A stretch of DNA of 64,000 nt from Gemmatimonadota bacterium (lineage in GTDB: Bacteria; Gemmatimonadota; Gemmatimonadetes; Gemmatimonadales; Gemmatimonadaceae), in assembly GCA_031372565.1 (NCBI GenBank), contig JANMLN010000002.1:1-64000 (forward strand). Direction: 5' to 3'. The notes under the pieces are model-generated. The model saw only the letters and a program-made list of their open reading frames with translations, did no database searches and was not told where the DNA came from. Positions 55,324 to 64,000 of this stretch are shown one piece after another. How positions within the stretch are numbered: position 1 is the stretch's first letter; the number at the start of each line of letters is the position of its first letter. Position numbers and translations under genes: made by a program.

Positions 55324-57042
55324 CTACTTCTTGCTCCTCCGCACGGGCGCTCTCGCGGCGCCCGTCTTCGTTCCCGGCTTCTTCCCTGCCGCCGGTGCCG
55401 CCTGTTGACCCTTCGCCCCAGGCGCGCCCGCCACCACCACCGCACTCTCGATCCCCACGCGATCCACCGCCGTCACCACCACACGCACCACCGAGTCACC
55501 CACCGGCGCAACCGCGACCTGCCGCTGACTGCCGGGCAGAACGATCGTCCGCCACGCATCGCGCGCCAGCACGCGAACCGTCCAGTGCGCCACATCGCGC
55601 CCAGTGCCGGGCGCGAGCCGGACCACCTGTTCGCGAGACGCAGAATCTCGCGACAAGGTCGCCGTGGGCGCCGCCATCGGCCGCCGCTCGAGCCACGGCG
55701 TGGCAGGCGCGAGCGCGGGCACCTGGTACACGTCGCGCTTGAGCCGATCAAAGATCGGGTCCACGGGTGCGAGTGGAACAACCGGGGTTGGCGCCGCGCC
55801 CAGCGCTGCGGTGGACGCCCCCGCCGTGACGCTGTCGCGCCTCGACGCCGGAGATGCGGGCGCCGCGACAACCGGTGGCACTGGCACCACGGGCATCAGC
55901 GGCCGCATGCTGAAGTGGATGTCGCCCCCCGTCTTCGCTGCGCGACTCGCCCGCACCTGATTGCTGATCTCGTCGACCCCCCACGCTCCCGTCGGGTTCG
56001 CACCGCGCGTGGTGTAGTGCCCGGGCCACACGTGCCGCTGCTTGCGATTCTCGCCCAGCCACCAGTCCAGCAGCACCGGATACGCCTGCGGCACCTGGGC
56101 AATCGGCCAGTAGAGTTGCGGTGTGAAGTAGTCGACCCACCCTTCGTGCAGCCAGCGCTTCGCGTCCGCGTACAGCTTGGCGTACGCATCAAACCCCTTG
56201 ATCTGCGCCGGATTCCCGGGACGCCAGATGCCGAACGGGCTGATGCCCACCTGCACGTGCGGCTTGAGCTTCTTGGTGCGCACGTACATCTGCTCGACCA
56301 ACAGGTCGACGTTGCGGCGCCGCCAATCATCGCGCGCGAGCGTGCCACCCCCCTTCTGGTAGCGCGCGAACGACGCGCCATCCGGGAACTCCATCGGCTG
56401 ACCGTCCGCGCCGTTCTCCGGATACGGATAGAAGTAGTCGTCGATGTGAACGCCATCGATGTCGTAGCGCTTCACGATGTCGGCGATCACGTCGAGCGTG
56501 CGCTTGACCACCCGCGGCTCCCCGGGATCCATCCACAGGGACTTGCCATAGGTGCGCACCAACTCGGGATGCGTCACGCTGATGTGCGTGCCGGCGCTGG
56601 GACTCGTGGCGCTCGCGTGGCGCGCGCGGTACGGGTTCACCCACGCGTGCAGCTCGAGCCCGCGTGCATGCGCTTCCGCGACCGCGAACGCGAGTGGATC
56701 GTAGAACGGCTCCGGTGCACGCCCTTCGAGGCCAGTCAGATACGCCGACCACGGTTCCAGCGCCGAGGGGTACAGTGCATCAGCGGCAGGCCGCACCTGC
56801 AACAACACCGCATTCAGATTGAGCGTGCGCGCCCGGTCGAGAATGGCCAACAGCTCGGCCTGCTGCTCGAACGTGGACAGCCCGGGCTTGGTCGGCCAAT
56901 CAATGTTGGCCACCGACGCCACCCACACACCGCGGAACTCGCGCGGCACCTGCGGCGGCGCGCTCGACGCCTGCCCCGACATCTCTCCCGACATGACCGC
57001 GATCGCCACGGCGGCCCAGCTGTGTCGCATCCTCATGCGCAT
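55324..57042 (-). CDS. Glycosyl hydrolase-like 10 (YddW/DigH-like) protein
   Basis: REFRGVWVASVANIDWP, LQVRPAADALY, ELHAWVNPYR, DGVHIDDYFYPY, GISPFGIW, PQLYW. Confidence 0.9.
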   Translation of the reverse strand: MRMRMRHSWAAVAIAVMSGEMSGQASSAPPQVPREFRGVWVASVANIDWPTKPGLSTFEQQAELLAILDRARTLNLNAVLLQVRPAADALYPSALEPWSAYLTGLEGRAPEPFYDPLAFAVAEAHARGLELHAWVNPYRARHASATSPSAGTHISVTHPELVRTYGKSLWMDPGEPRVVKRTLDVIADIVKRYDIDGVHIDDYFYPYPENGADGQPMEFPDGASFARYQKGGGTLARDDWRRRNVDLLVEQMYVRTKKLKPHVQVGISPFGIWRPGNPAQIKGFDAYAKLYADAKRWLHEGWVDYFTPQLYWPIAQVPQAYPVLLDWWLGENRKQRHVWPGHYTTRGANPTGAWGVDEISNQVRASRAAKTGGDIHFSMRPLMPVVPVPPVVAAPASPASRRDSVTAGASTAALGAAPTPVVPLAPVDPIFDRLKRDVYQVPALAPATPWLERRPMAAPTATLSRDSASREQVVRLAPGTGRDVAHWTVRVLARDAWRTIVLPGSQRQVAVAPVGDSVVRVVVTAVDRVGIESAVVVAGAPGAKGQQAAPAAGKKPGTKTGAARAPVRRSKK

Positions 57043-57113
57043 CGCCCGATGGAGTTGAAAACGGAACGGTGTCCGGACAGGGATGCCCGCGCCATCTGCT
57101 GCTTCGGGCGCTG

Positions 57114-57926
57114 TCACTTCTGACCGGCGATCGGACGCGCCCAATGCGGCGCCGTGCTCCACTGCGCCGGATCGAACAGCGCTGCCGGCAACGCGCGACC
57201 GGCCTGCCAGTCGAGGTAGTCTTCGGTCTGCACCAGCTTGCCCTGCACGTGAAAGGTGCAGTGGATCGCGAGCAGTCCCTCTCCGGCCGGGCGCACATCG
57301 CCCAGGCGCATGTCCATCACCGGCGCGCCGCGAACCGGCACGAAGATGGCGCGCAGCACCATCCGGTTCTGCGCATCGACCCAGAACTGGGGACTCGTGG
57401 TGTCGCTCACGCTCGTGACGCCCACGATCCACACCGGTCGCCCATCGAACGTGCTTGCGACGGTCGGCTTCGAGAGGTCGACCTTCGTCACGGCGAGCTC
57501 GGCCACGGTCCGCTCCACCGGTTGCACGTAGACACCTTCGATGAGGGGCAGCAGCGAATTACCGCCCGCCGACTGCGCCACCTGCTTGCCGCCGCGGAAG
57601 ATGCGCGCCGAGTCGGGGGTGTAGAGGACGCCATTCCCCTGCGCGAGGTCGCCCGTGTCGATGCGCAGCTGCGTCGGTCCATTCTCCGGCTGTCGCACGC
57701 TCTCGTACCACGTGCTCACGCTCGGCGTCCCGTCCGGCGCGTACGTGGTGGTCTTCTGGACGAAGGTCAGCGTGGTGTACCAACGGCCGTCGTACGCGGC
57801 GCGCATGTCGCGCAACACGTCGAGCCCGGTGGCGGGCACCGGGGTCGCTCCTCGCCGTGCGACGGCACAACCGGAGAGCGCAGCCATCGCGGCGAGGACA
57901 AACAGGGTGGATCGACGTGTGTTCAT
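57114..57926 (-). CDS. Hypothetical lipoprotein (LolA-like fold possible)
   Basis: Lipobox LSGC; YDGRWYTTLTFVQKT, LRIDTG, QFWVD. Confidence 0.7.
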   Translation of the reverse strand: MNTRRSTLFVLAAMAALSGCAVARRGATPVPATGLDVLRDMRAAYDGRWYTTLTFVQKTTTYAPDGTPSVSTWYESVRQPENGPTQLRIDTGDLAQGNGVLYTPDSARIFRGGKQVAQSAGGNSLLPLIEGVYVQPVERTVAELAVTKVDLSKPTVASTFDGRPVWIVGVTSVSDTTSPQFWVDAQNRMVLRAIFVPVRGAPVMDMRLGDVRPAGEGLLAIHCTFHVQGKLVQTEDYLDWQAGRALPAALFDPAQWSTAPHWARPIAGQK

Positions 57927-57999
57927 GGAAGGCGAGCCGATTCGAGGAGATGCGACAACGGAACGTGCCCCGCCCTACGAGTGCGGTTCGCCAAATGCT

Positions 58000-59814
58000 T
58001 CACGCCGCCCCGATCCCCAACCGTGCCAGCACCGCGGCCCGACGCTCGTGCACGGTCAGCACGACCAGATCGCCCGGCGCCGCCCACGCCATGGCCAGCT
58101 GCACCGCTTCGGGTTCACTGTCGGCACGACGCAGCTGCTCCGGCGCCGCACCACACGCCGTCAACTCGGCCATCATGATGTCCGCCACCGATCCTTCGGC
58201 ACGACCGCGCGCGAAGTGCCGCAGCTCCTTGGCAATCACGAGATCGACCGGCACCGTGGTCCACGCCGCGCGCGCCATCGCGCGCAGCGCCTCGTCGTTG
58301 CGGTCGCCCGCCGTACCGATGACAACGGCGCGACGCCGCGCAGGCAGCGACGCGGTCGCATGCAGCAACGCCGCGACGGCTGCCGCGTTGTGCGCGTAGT
58401 CGAGCACCACGTCGACGCCCTGGACGCGGTGCCGCTCGAGACGACCAGGGTTGTCCTCCGGATCCGCACCAAAGCGCGTGAGCGCCGACTGCACGATGCC
58501 CATGGGAACGCCGAGCGCGCTCGCAGATGCCGCCGCCATCAGCGCATTGGACAGGTTGAAGCGCGCGGCACCGTCGAGCGTGCTCGGCAGCGCGTGCACG
58601 GCGACGACGGGTTCATCACCGGCGGCGCTCCGCCGCACGAGCATCCCGTGCACCACGGTCCAGGCCTCGGCCGAGCGCCAGAGCTGCCCCGCCGCCGGCG
58701 GCATCACCTCGGCGGCCGCCGCTTCGGTGAGCGCGTCGGAGGCGAGCAGATCGGCGGTGGCAAGGGCCGACATGCGGACGAGCGGGTGATCGGGGTCGAG
58801 CGAGCACCACACGATGCGCGCCCCCGTCGCGGGCCCCATCGCGCGCAGCGTCGGGTCATCGGCGTTCAAGACCAGTGTGCCATTGGTGCGCACCGCGCGC
58901 GCCACGGTGAGTTTCACATCGGCCAGCGCGTGCACATCGTGGATGCCGTAGTCGCCGAAGTGATCAGCCGACACATTGGTCACCACGGCCACGTCGGCCT
59001 CGTACATGGCGAGGCCGCGACGCAGCAGGCCGCCGCGCGCCGTCTCGAGCACCGCGGCACGGGCGCGCGCGTCGCGGAGTGCGAGCCGTGCGCCCGCGGG
59101 TCCCGAATAGTCGCCGCCATCGACCAACTCGCCGTCCACGAACACGCCGAGCGTCGAACTCATCGCGACTGGGCCCACCGCTTCGCGCAGAATGGCCGAG
59201 AGCATGCGCACGGTCGTGGTCTTGCCGTTGGAGCCCGTCACGAGCACGATCGGAATCCGGTCGTACTCGGGCCAGGCGATCGACGCCACCTCGGGCAGCT
59301 GCGCGATCGACCAGGAGCGTGCGCTCTGGCCGGTCCCGAGCGTGAGCGCATCGTTGTCGACCAGCACCGTGATCCTCCGGTCGCGCGCCTCACGAACCAG
59401 GTCCGCCAGATGCCACGACCGCTCGTCGTCGGCCATGATGCCGAGCGCGATGGCGGCATCGGCCACGTCAGGAAGCGCGTCCGCGGGTGCGCTGTGCCGC
59501 GCACGCACCAGTGCTTCGCCTCGTGCCCACGCCTGCTCGTTGAGCTCGGTGCCGGTCATGAGCGCATCCACCGGGACGCGCACGAAGCAACTCGCACCGT
59601 CCGGCGTCCGGCGCCAGACCGGCGACACGGTCCACCCGAGCGGACGTGCCAAGGCAACCGCGGCGTCACGCCACGCCGCCACGAACTCGTCGGCCAACGC
59701 GAGCTCTTCCGCCCGGAACTCGACATCGATCACGGCACCCGGGTCATCGCCAAACCGGTTCGGACCCATCAGGCGGCGCGAGTCGCGGATCGCCGGTGAT
59801 GCGAACTCGTCCAT
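58000..59814 (-). CDS. CphA paralogue: N-domain-like region + Mur-ligase (M) domain, no ATP-grasp domain
   Basis: RRLMGPN N-terminus; VTGSNGKTTTVRML, VLETARGGLLRRG, NVSADH, VLNADD, PGR, LDYAHN. Confidence 0.82.
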   Translation of the reverse strand: MDEFASPAIRDSRRLMGPNRFGDDPGAVIDVEFRAEELALADEFVAAWRDAAVALARPLGWTVSPVWRRTPDGASCFVRVPVDALMTGTELNEQAWARGEALVRARHSAPADALPDVADAAIALGIMADDERSWHLADLVREARDRRITVLVDNDALTLGTGQSARSWSIAQLPEVASIAWPEYDRIPIVLVTGSNGKTTTVRMLSAILREAVGPVAMSSTLGVFVDGELVDGGDYSGPAGARLALRDARARAAVLETARGGLLRRGLAMYEADVAVVTNVSADHFGDYGIHDVHALADVKLTVARAVRTNGTLVLNADDPTLRAMGPATGARIVWCSLDPDHPLVRMSALATADLLASDALTEAAAAEVMPPAAGQLWRSAEAWTVVHGMLVRRSAAGDEPVVAVHALPSTLDGAARFNLSNALMAAASASALGVPMGIVQSALTRFGADPEDNPGRLERHRVQGVDVVLDYAHNAAAVAALLHATASLPARRRAVVIGTAGDRNDEALRAMARAAWTTVPVDLVIAKELRHFARGRAEGSVADIMMAELTACGAAPEQLRRADSEPEAVQLAMAWAAPGDLVVLTVHERRAAVLARLGIGAA

Positions 59815-59860
59815 CGGTTCTCGGGCAGCCGGTGTTGTCGGGTGCGGCGTCTGCGCCACC

Positions 59861-62746
59861 CTAGTCGTCACCCGCGCGGGCGAGCAGCACACCGCGCTCG
59901 TCGCGGATGACGGTCGCATCGTCGGCCAGCACGCCGGCCATCGGGACGGGCTCCACGCGCACCGGGGTCGCGACCGGAGGCGCGGCGGTGGCGCGCACGT
60001 CATCGTCGGCGGGTGCCATGTCGGTGACCTGCGCACGGGGCACGGCGCGCGCGGCGTGCACCGCGTGGGCGTGCGGCTCCGCATCACGCGCCCCCGCGCC
60101 ACTGCTCCGGAAGTTCACGATCTGCTTCCACCCGCGCGCGAGGGCGTCGGCGAAGACGAGCAGCAGATCACCAGGCGCTGCCATGCGGAGCGCCGCGTCG
60201 ATCGCCTGCTGTTCATCGATGATGACGGTGATCTGGTCCGGACGCACGCCGTACTCGACGAGCGCCGCGGACAACATCCGCGGTACTTCCTCCTCGCCGC
60301 GCCCCCGCAGCGCGTCGTCGCGGCGGCAGATGACGTGATCGAAGCGCGCGCGCGCCGCCACTTCGGCGATTGCACGAATGTCCTCGTCGCGCCGGTCACC
60401 GGGGGCCGAGAGCACGAGCAGGCGCCGTCCCTTCACATCGAGCCGATTGGCCAGCTGGCAGAGTTCGTTGATGGCGTGTGCGTTATGCCCGTAGTCGAAG
60501 AGCACGCGGAACGGGTGCTGGTCGTACACGTTCAGGCGGCCCGGCGCCTGGAAGAACGACGAATCGAAGGTGCGGAGCCCGTGGCGGATATCCTCGAGCT
60601 TGACCCCCATGGCGTAGGCCATCGCGGCCGCGAACATCGCGTTCTGCACATTGTGCAGCGCCTTGCCCTCGAGCGTCGCCGGAATCAGGTGCGTCCACAA
60701 CAGCGGGATGTGGGCGCCCTTGTCGTAGATCGTGATCATCTCGCCGTTGACGCCCTGCTCGAGCGCAATCGCGCGCCCACCCGCGCGGATGTGCTCGCGC
60801 ACGAGCACGTGACCCGGATCCATCGTCACGTAGCACACGTGCCGGGCGTCGGTGTACGCCGCCATGCGCAGCGTGAGCGGATCGTCGGCGTTGAGCACCG
60901 CCGTGTCGCGCGCGATCTCGACGACGGTGCGCTTGACCTCCGCCAACTGTTCGACCGTGTCGATCCCCTTCTGCCCCAGATGATCGGGCTGGACGTTGAG
61001 GACCGCGGCCACGTCCACATGCCGTGTGGCCATGCCGGCGCGCAGCAGCCCGCCACGCGCCGTCTCGAGCACCGCCACGTCCACCGCCGGATCGGAGAGC
61101 ACGATGCGCGCGGCGGTCGGGCCGGTCATGTCGCCTTCGACCGTCCGCTGGCCGTCGATGTAGACACCGTCGGTGGTGGTGAGTCCCACGCGCTTGCCCG
61201 CGAGTTTGTGGATGTGAGCGAGCATGCGCACGGTCGTCGTCTTGCCGTTGGTGCCGGTCACCGCCGCGATCGGAATCGTCGCGGGTGACTGCCGCGGGAA
61301 GAGCATCTCGATGACCTTGCCCGCCACGTCGCGCGGCCGCCCTTCGCTGGGCGCCATGTGCATCCGGAAGCCGGGGGCCGCGTTCACCTCGCAGATCGCG
61401 CCGCCCACGTCCTTGTACGACCGGGTGATGTCGGGCGACAGGAAGTCCACGCCGCCGACATCGAGGCCGATCGCCTGGATCGCGCGCACCGCCATCTCGA
61501 CGTTGTCGGGATGCACGACGTCCGTCACGTCGGTCGCCGTTCCACCCGTGCTCAGATTCGCGGTCAAGCGCAGGAAGACCTCGTCGCCCGCAGCCGGGAC
61601 CGACTCGGGGGTCATGTCGCGCTTCGCCAGCAACCCCAGCGCCTGCTCGTCCAGCTCGATGCGCGTGAGCACCTTCTCGTGCCCGATCCCGCGGCGCGGG
61701 TCCTGATTCACGAGCTCGACGAGCGCGCGCACGGTGTGCGATCCATCGCCGACGACGTGGCCCGGAAGACGCTTCGCTGCGGCGACCAGTTCGCCGTTCA
61801 CCACCAGCATGCGATGGTCGTGCCCGGTGATGAAGCTCTCGACGATCACCGACCGCGAGTGTTCCGCCGCGCGCGCGAATGCCGCGCGCACCTCGTCTGG
61901 CGTCAGCAGGTTGACCGCAACACCACGCCCGTGATTGGCATTGTATGGCTTGCAGACCACCGGGTACCCGATGCGTTCGGCGGCACTCACCGCGCGTGAT
62001 GCGGACTGCACGAGACGCTGACGCGGCACCGGGAGCCCCAGATTCGCGAGGATCTTGTTCGTCTCTTCCTTGTCAGAGGCGATCTCGACCGCGATGTGCG
62101 ACGTGCGACTGGTGACCGTTGCCTGGATGCGCTGCTGGTGCTTGCCATACCCGAGCTGAATCAGCGACTGGTCATTGAGCCGCAGCCAGGGAATCTCGCG
62201 CGCTTCGGCCGCGTGCACGATGCTGGCCGTACTGGGCCCGAGCGCGCGACGCTGCGCATAGCGGATGAACTCGTCGCGCGCCGCATCCCACGTCCAGTCG
62301 GCCGGTTGATCCTCGGGCCGCAGCGCAGCGGGGAGCAACGAGCCGAGAAGGTGCAGGGCGACGTCCGCCGCTTCGTGCCCGACGTCCTCCTGCTCGTACT
62401 CGATGACGACGTCGTAGACGCCGGGACGCGCGGTCTCGCGCGTCTTGCCGAAGGTGACCTTCACCCCCGCCGCGTTCTGCAGCTCGATCGCCACATGTTC
62501 GAGGACATGGCCGAGCCACGTGCCGTCGTCCTCGGTCATCCGGCGCACGAAGCCGCCCGGTTCACCGTACGAGCAGCCGTGCTCGGCGAGGCCGGGGAGC
62601 GCCACCAGCAGGGCATCCACGAAGGCGCGCCCGAGCTTCATGGTCGGCCACGCCTCGAGCGGCCCGAGGTCGAGTTCGAGCCGGATGACCGGGAAATGGG
62701 CGTAGTGGCTCGGGCCGACGTAGGTCGAGCGATCGAGAATCTTCAT
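59861..62746 (-). CDS. cphA: Cyanophycin synthetase CphA1
   Basis: N domain C..HVLEH; LGPSTASI, ATP-grasp KPYNANHGRGV...ANLSTGG...EVNAAPG; Mur domain VTGTNGKTT, ETARGG, DYGHN. Confidence 0.95.
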   Translation of the reverse strand: MKILDRSTYVGPSHYAHFPVIRLELDLGPLEAWPTMKLGRAFVDALLVALPGLAEHGCSYGEPGGFVRRMTEDDGTWLGHVLEHVAIELQNAAGVKVTFGKTRETARPGVYDVVIEYEQEDVGHEAADVALHLLGSLLPAALRPEDQPADWTWDAARDEFIRYAQRRALGPSTASIVHAAEAREIPWLRLNDQSLIQLGYGKHQQRIQATVTSRTSHIAVEIASDKEETNKILANLGLPVPRQRLVQSASRAVSAAERIGYPVVCKPYNANHGRGVAVNLLTPDEVRAAFARAAEHSRSVIVESFITGHDHRMLVVNGELVAAAKRLPGHVVGDGSHTVRALVELVNQDPRRGIGHEKVLTRIELDEQALGLLAKRDMTPESVPAAGDEVFLRLTANLSTGGTATDVTDVVHPDNVEMAVRAIQAIGLDVGGVDFLSPDITRSYKDVGGAICEVNAAPGFRMHMAPSEGRPRDVAGKVIEMLFPRQSPATIPIAAVTGTNGKTTTVRMLAHIHKLAGKRVGLTTTDGVYIDGQRTVEGDMTGPTAARIVLSDPAVDVAVLETARGGLLRAGMATRHVDVAAVLNVQPDHLGQKGIDTVEQLAEVKRTVVEIARDTAVLNADDPLTLRMAAYTDARHVCYVTMDPGHVLVREHIRAGGRAIALEQGVNGEMITIYDKGAHIPLLWTHLIPATLEGKALHNVQNAMFAAAMAYAMGVKLEDIRHGLRTFDSSFFQAPGRLNVYDQHPFRVLFDYGHNAHAINELCQLANRLDVKGRRLLVLSAPGDRRDEDIRAIAEVAARARFDHVICRRDDALRGRGEEEVPRMLSAALVEYGVRPDQITVIIDEQQAIDAALRMAAPGDLLLVFADALARGWKQIVNFRSSGAGARDAEPHAHAVHAARAVPRAQVTDMAPADDDVRATAAPPVATPVRVEPVPMAGVLADDATVIRDERGVLLARAGDD

Positions 62747-62794
62747 GACACGCGGCGCGAAGGGGGGATGCGAAGGCGGCGCTTTGCGCTGCGC

Positions 62795-63613
62795 TTACTC
62801 GTCGGACAGGACAGCGGAGGCGGGCTGCGCCGTCTTCGTGGCGAGGTCGAAGGTGGCGCCGGGGCCCAGCACCGAGACCCGCACGCCCGTCAGGGTGATG
62901 GGCTCATGCGGCAACGCGAGCGCCACCGTGTTGAGGCCGACGCCGCTCGCATCGACGATGGTGACGGCCCCTTCGCCCATGACCTCGATCGTGTCGTCCG
63001 GACGGATCACGGCGGCGGTGTTCTCGTCGACCCCGAGCCCGAGGTGCTCGGGCGCATACGCAATGGCGGTCAGCAATCGGCCGAGCCGGTCCCGCTCGCG
63101 GAAGTGCTGGTCGATGATGAACCGATCGGTCAAGCCGAAGCCGGCCGCCATGGTGACCATGCCAGCCCGGGGCGACGGGCCTTCATCGCCGCGCGCGATC
63201 ATGAAGCGCGACATGATGGCCGCACCGGCCGACGTCCCCGCCACCGTCACGCCGTCGGCATGCCGCTGCTGCAGGAGCGCGTGCGCGGGGGTACCGCCGA
63301 CGATGCTCGTGAGGCGCAGTTGGTCGCCCCCGGTGATGAAGATGCCGGTCGCGCTCCCCAGCTCCTCGAGCCAATCGGCATCATCGCAGTCGCTGCGACG
63401 CTCGAACGGCAGGGCCTTGGCGCGAGCGACGCCGAGTCGCGCAAAGGCGCGCTCGTACCAGGTCCCCATGTCAGGCTCGAGGGATGCGGTCGGGAGGATC
63501 GCAATGCGCGCCGCGCGCCCGCCGGAGAGGCTGATGAAGCGCTCGAGGATGTGATCGTCCGAGAGCTTGCCGCCGATGGGGATCAGGGTGCCACGCGTCG
63601 GGCCAAAAAGCAT
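62795..63613 (-). CDS. cphB: Cyanophycinase
   Basis: LIPIGG, ILPTAS, FITGGDQLRL, GTSAGAA nucleophile motif, IDQHFRERDRLGRL, GVDENTA. Confidence 0.93.
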   Translation of the reverse strand: MLFGPTRGTLIPIGGKLSDDHILERFISLSGGRAARIAILPTASLEPDMGTWYERAFARLGVARAKALPFERRSDCDDADWLEELGSATGIFITGGDQLRLTSIVGGTPAHALLQQRHADGVTVAGTSAGAAIMSRFMIARGDEGPSPRAGMVTMAAGFGLTDRFIIDQHFRERDRLGRLLTAIAYAPEHLGLGVDENTAAVIRPDDTIEVMGEGAVTIVDASGVGLNTVALALPHEPITLTGVRVSVLGPGATFDLATKTAQPASAVLSDE

Positions 63614-63796
63614 GCAAGCGAAGTGTCGGAGACGGAGGGCGCGGTGCTGCTCAAAGCTACCGTGTCCCGGGCGTGACGGCGACTGGGGCGGCGCGGTCGC
63701 CGAGGACCAGCCGCCCGAGCCCATCGCCCTTGTGTCACCGCACTCCAGCGGTCCATGTTCGGCGAGTAACTCCTGCGGTCTCTTGCCGGATGCCTC

Positions 63797-64000
63797 ATGC
63801 GCCTGTCTGCCCGCCTCGCTCTTGCCGCCGTGCTGGTCACCCCGCTGCGCGCGCCGCTCCTTGCACAGCTTCCCGGCTGCACACCGCTGCCGCCCGGCAG
63901 CGCTCGGAGCGGCCCCGCCTTCGCCTTCAACGCCGTGCGCGAGGACGTGATTCACGCCGTGGGCACGGGGACGATGGTGGTGGGCGCCAACGCGACCATC
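63797..64000 (+). CDS. Partial secreted protein (possibly MBL-fold), runs off the window
   Basis: MRLSARLALAAVLV...LLAQ signal peptide; FNAVREDVIHAVG...GANATI. Confidence 0.5.
   Translation, partial: MRLSARLALAAVLVTPLRAPLLAQLPGCTPLPPGSARSGPAFAFNAVREDVIHAVGTGTMVVGANATI

Noticed and set aside
1..64000. Prophage, IS element, integron or defence system
   Set aside because: No integrase, transposase, phage structural or known defence motifs were recognised.

Overview
A GC-rich, gene-dense chromosomal window. Gene content and style suggest a Gemmatimonadota-like bacterium (inference). I can support about 59 CDS. They include a photoactive-yellow-protein (PYP) gene head-to-head with an orphan error-prone polymerase dnaE2, many secreted hydrolases and oxidoreductases, an ECF sigma/anti-sigma/Spy-like trio, an argJ-permease-AKR/Rid operon, iorAB-like and GMC pairs, and a cyanophycin cluster (cphB, cphA and a CphA paralogue lacking the ATP-grasp domain). 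I saw no rRNA, tRNA, CRISPR array, transposase or integrase. The main non-genic signal is a ~29-bp REP-like repeat (GTCRTCCTGAGCGNAGCGAAGGAYCTGCT) at eight loci in the first 30 kb. It shows compensatory changes supporting a GNA-triloop hairpin, often sits right after stop codons, brackets an araC-VOC module, and has entered dnaE2 in frame. Start codons were chosen by eye and product calls come from motif recognition only, without database searches.
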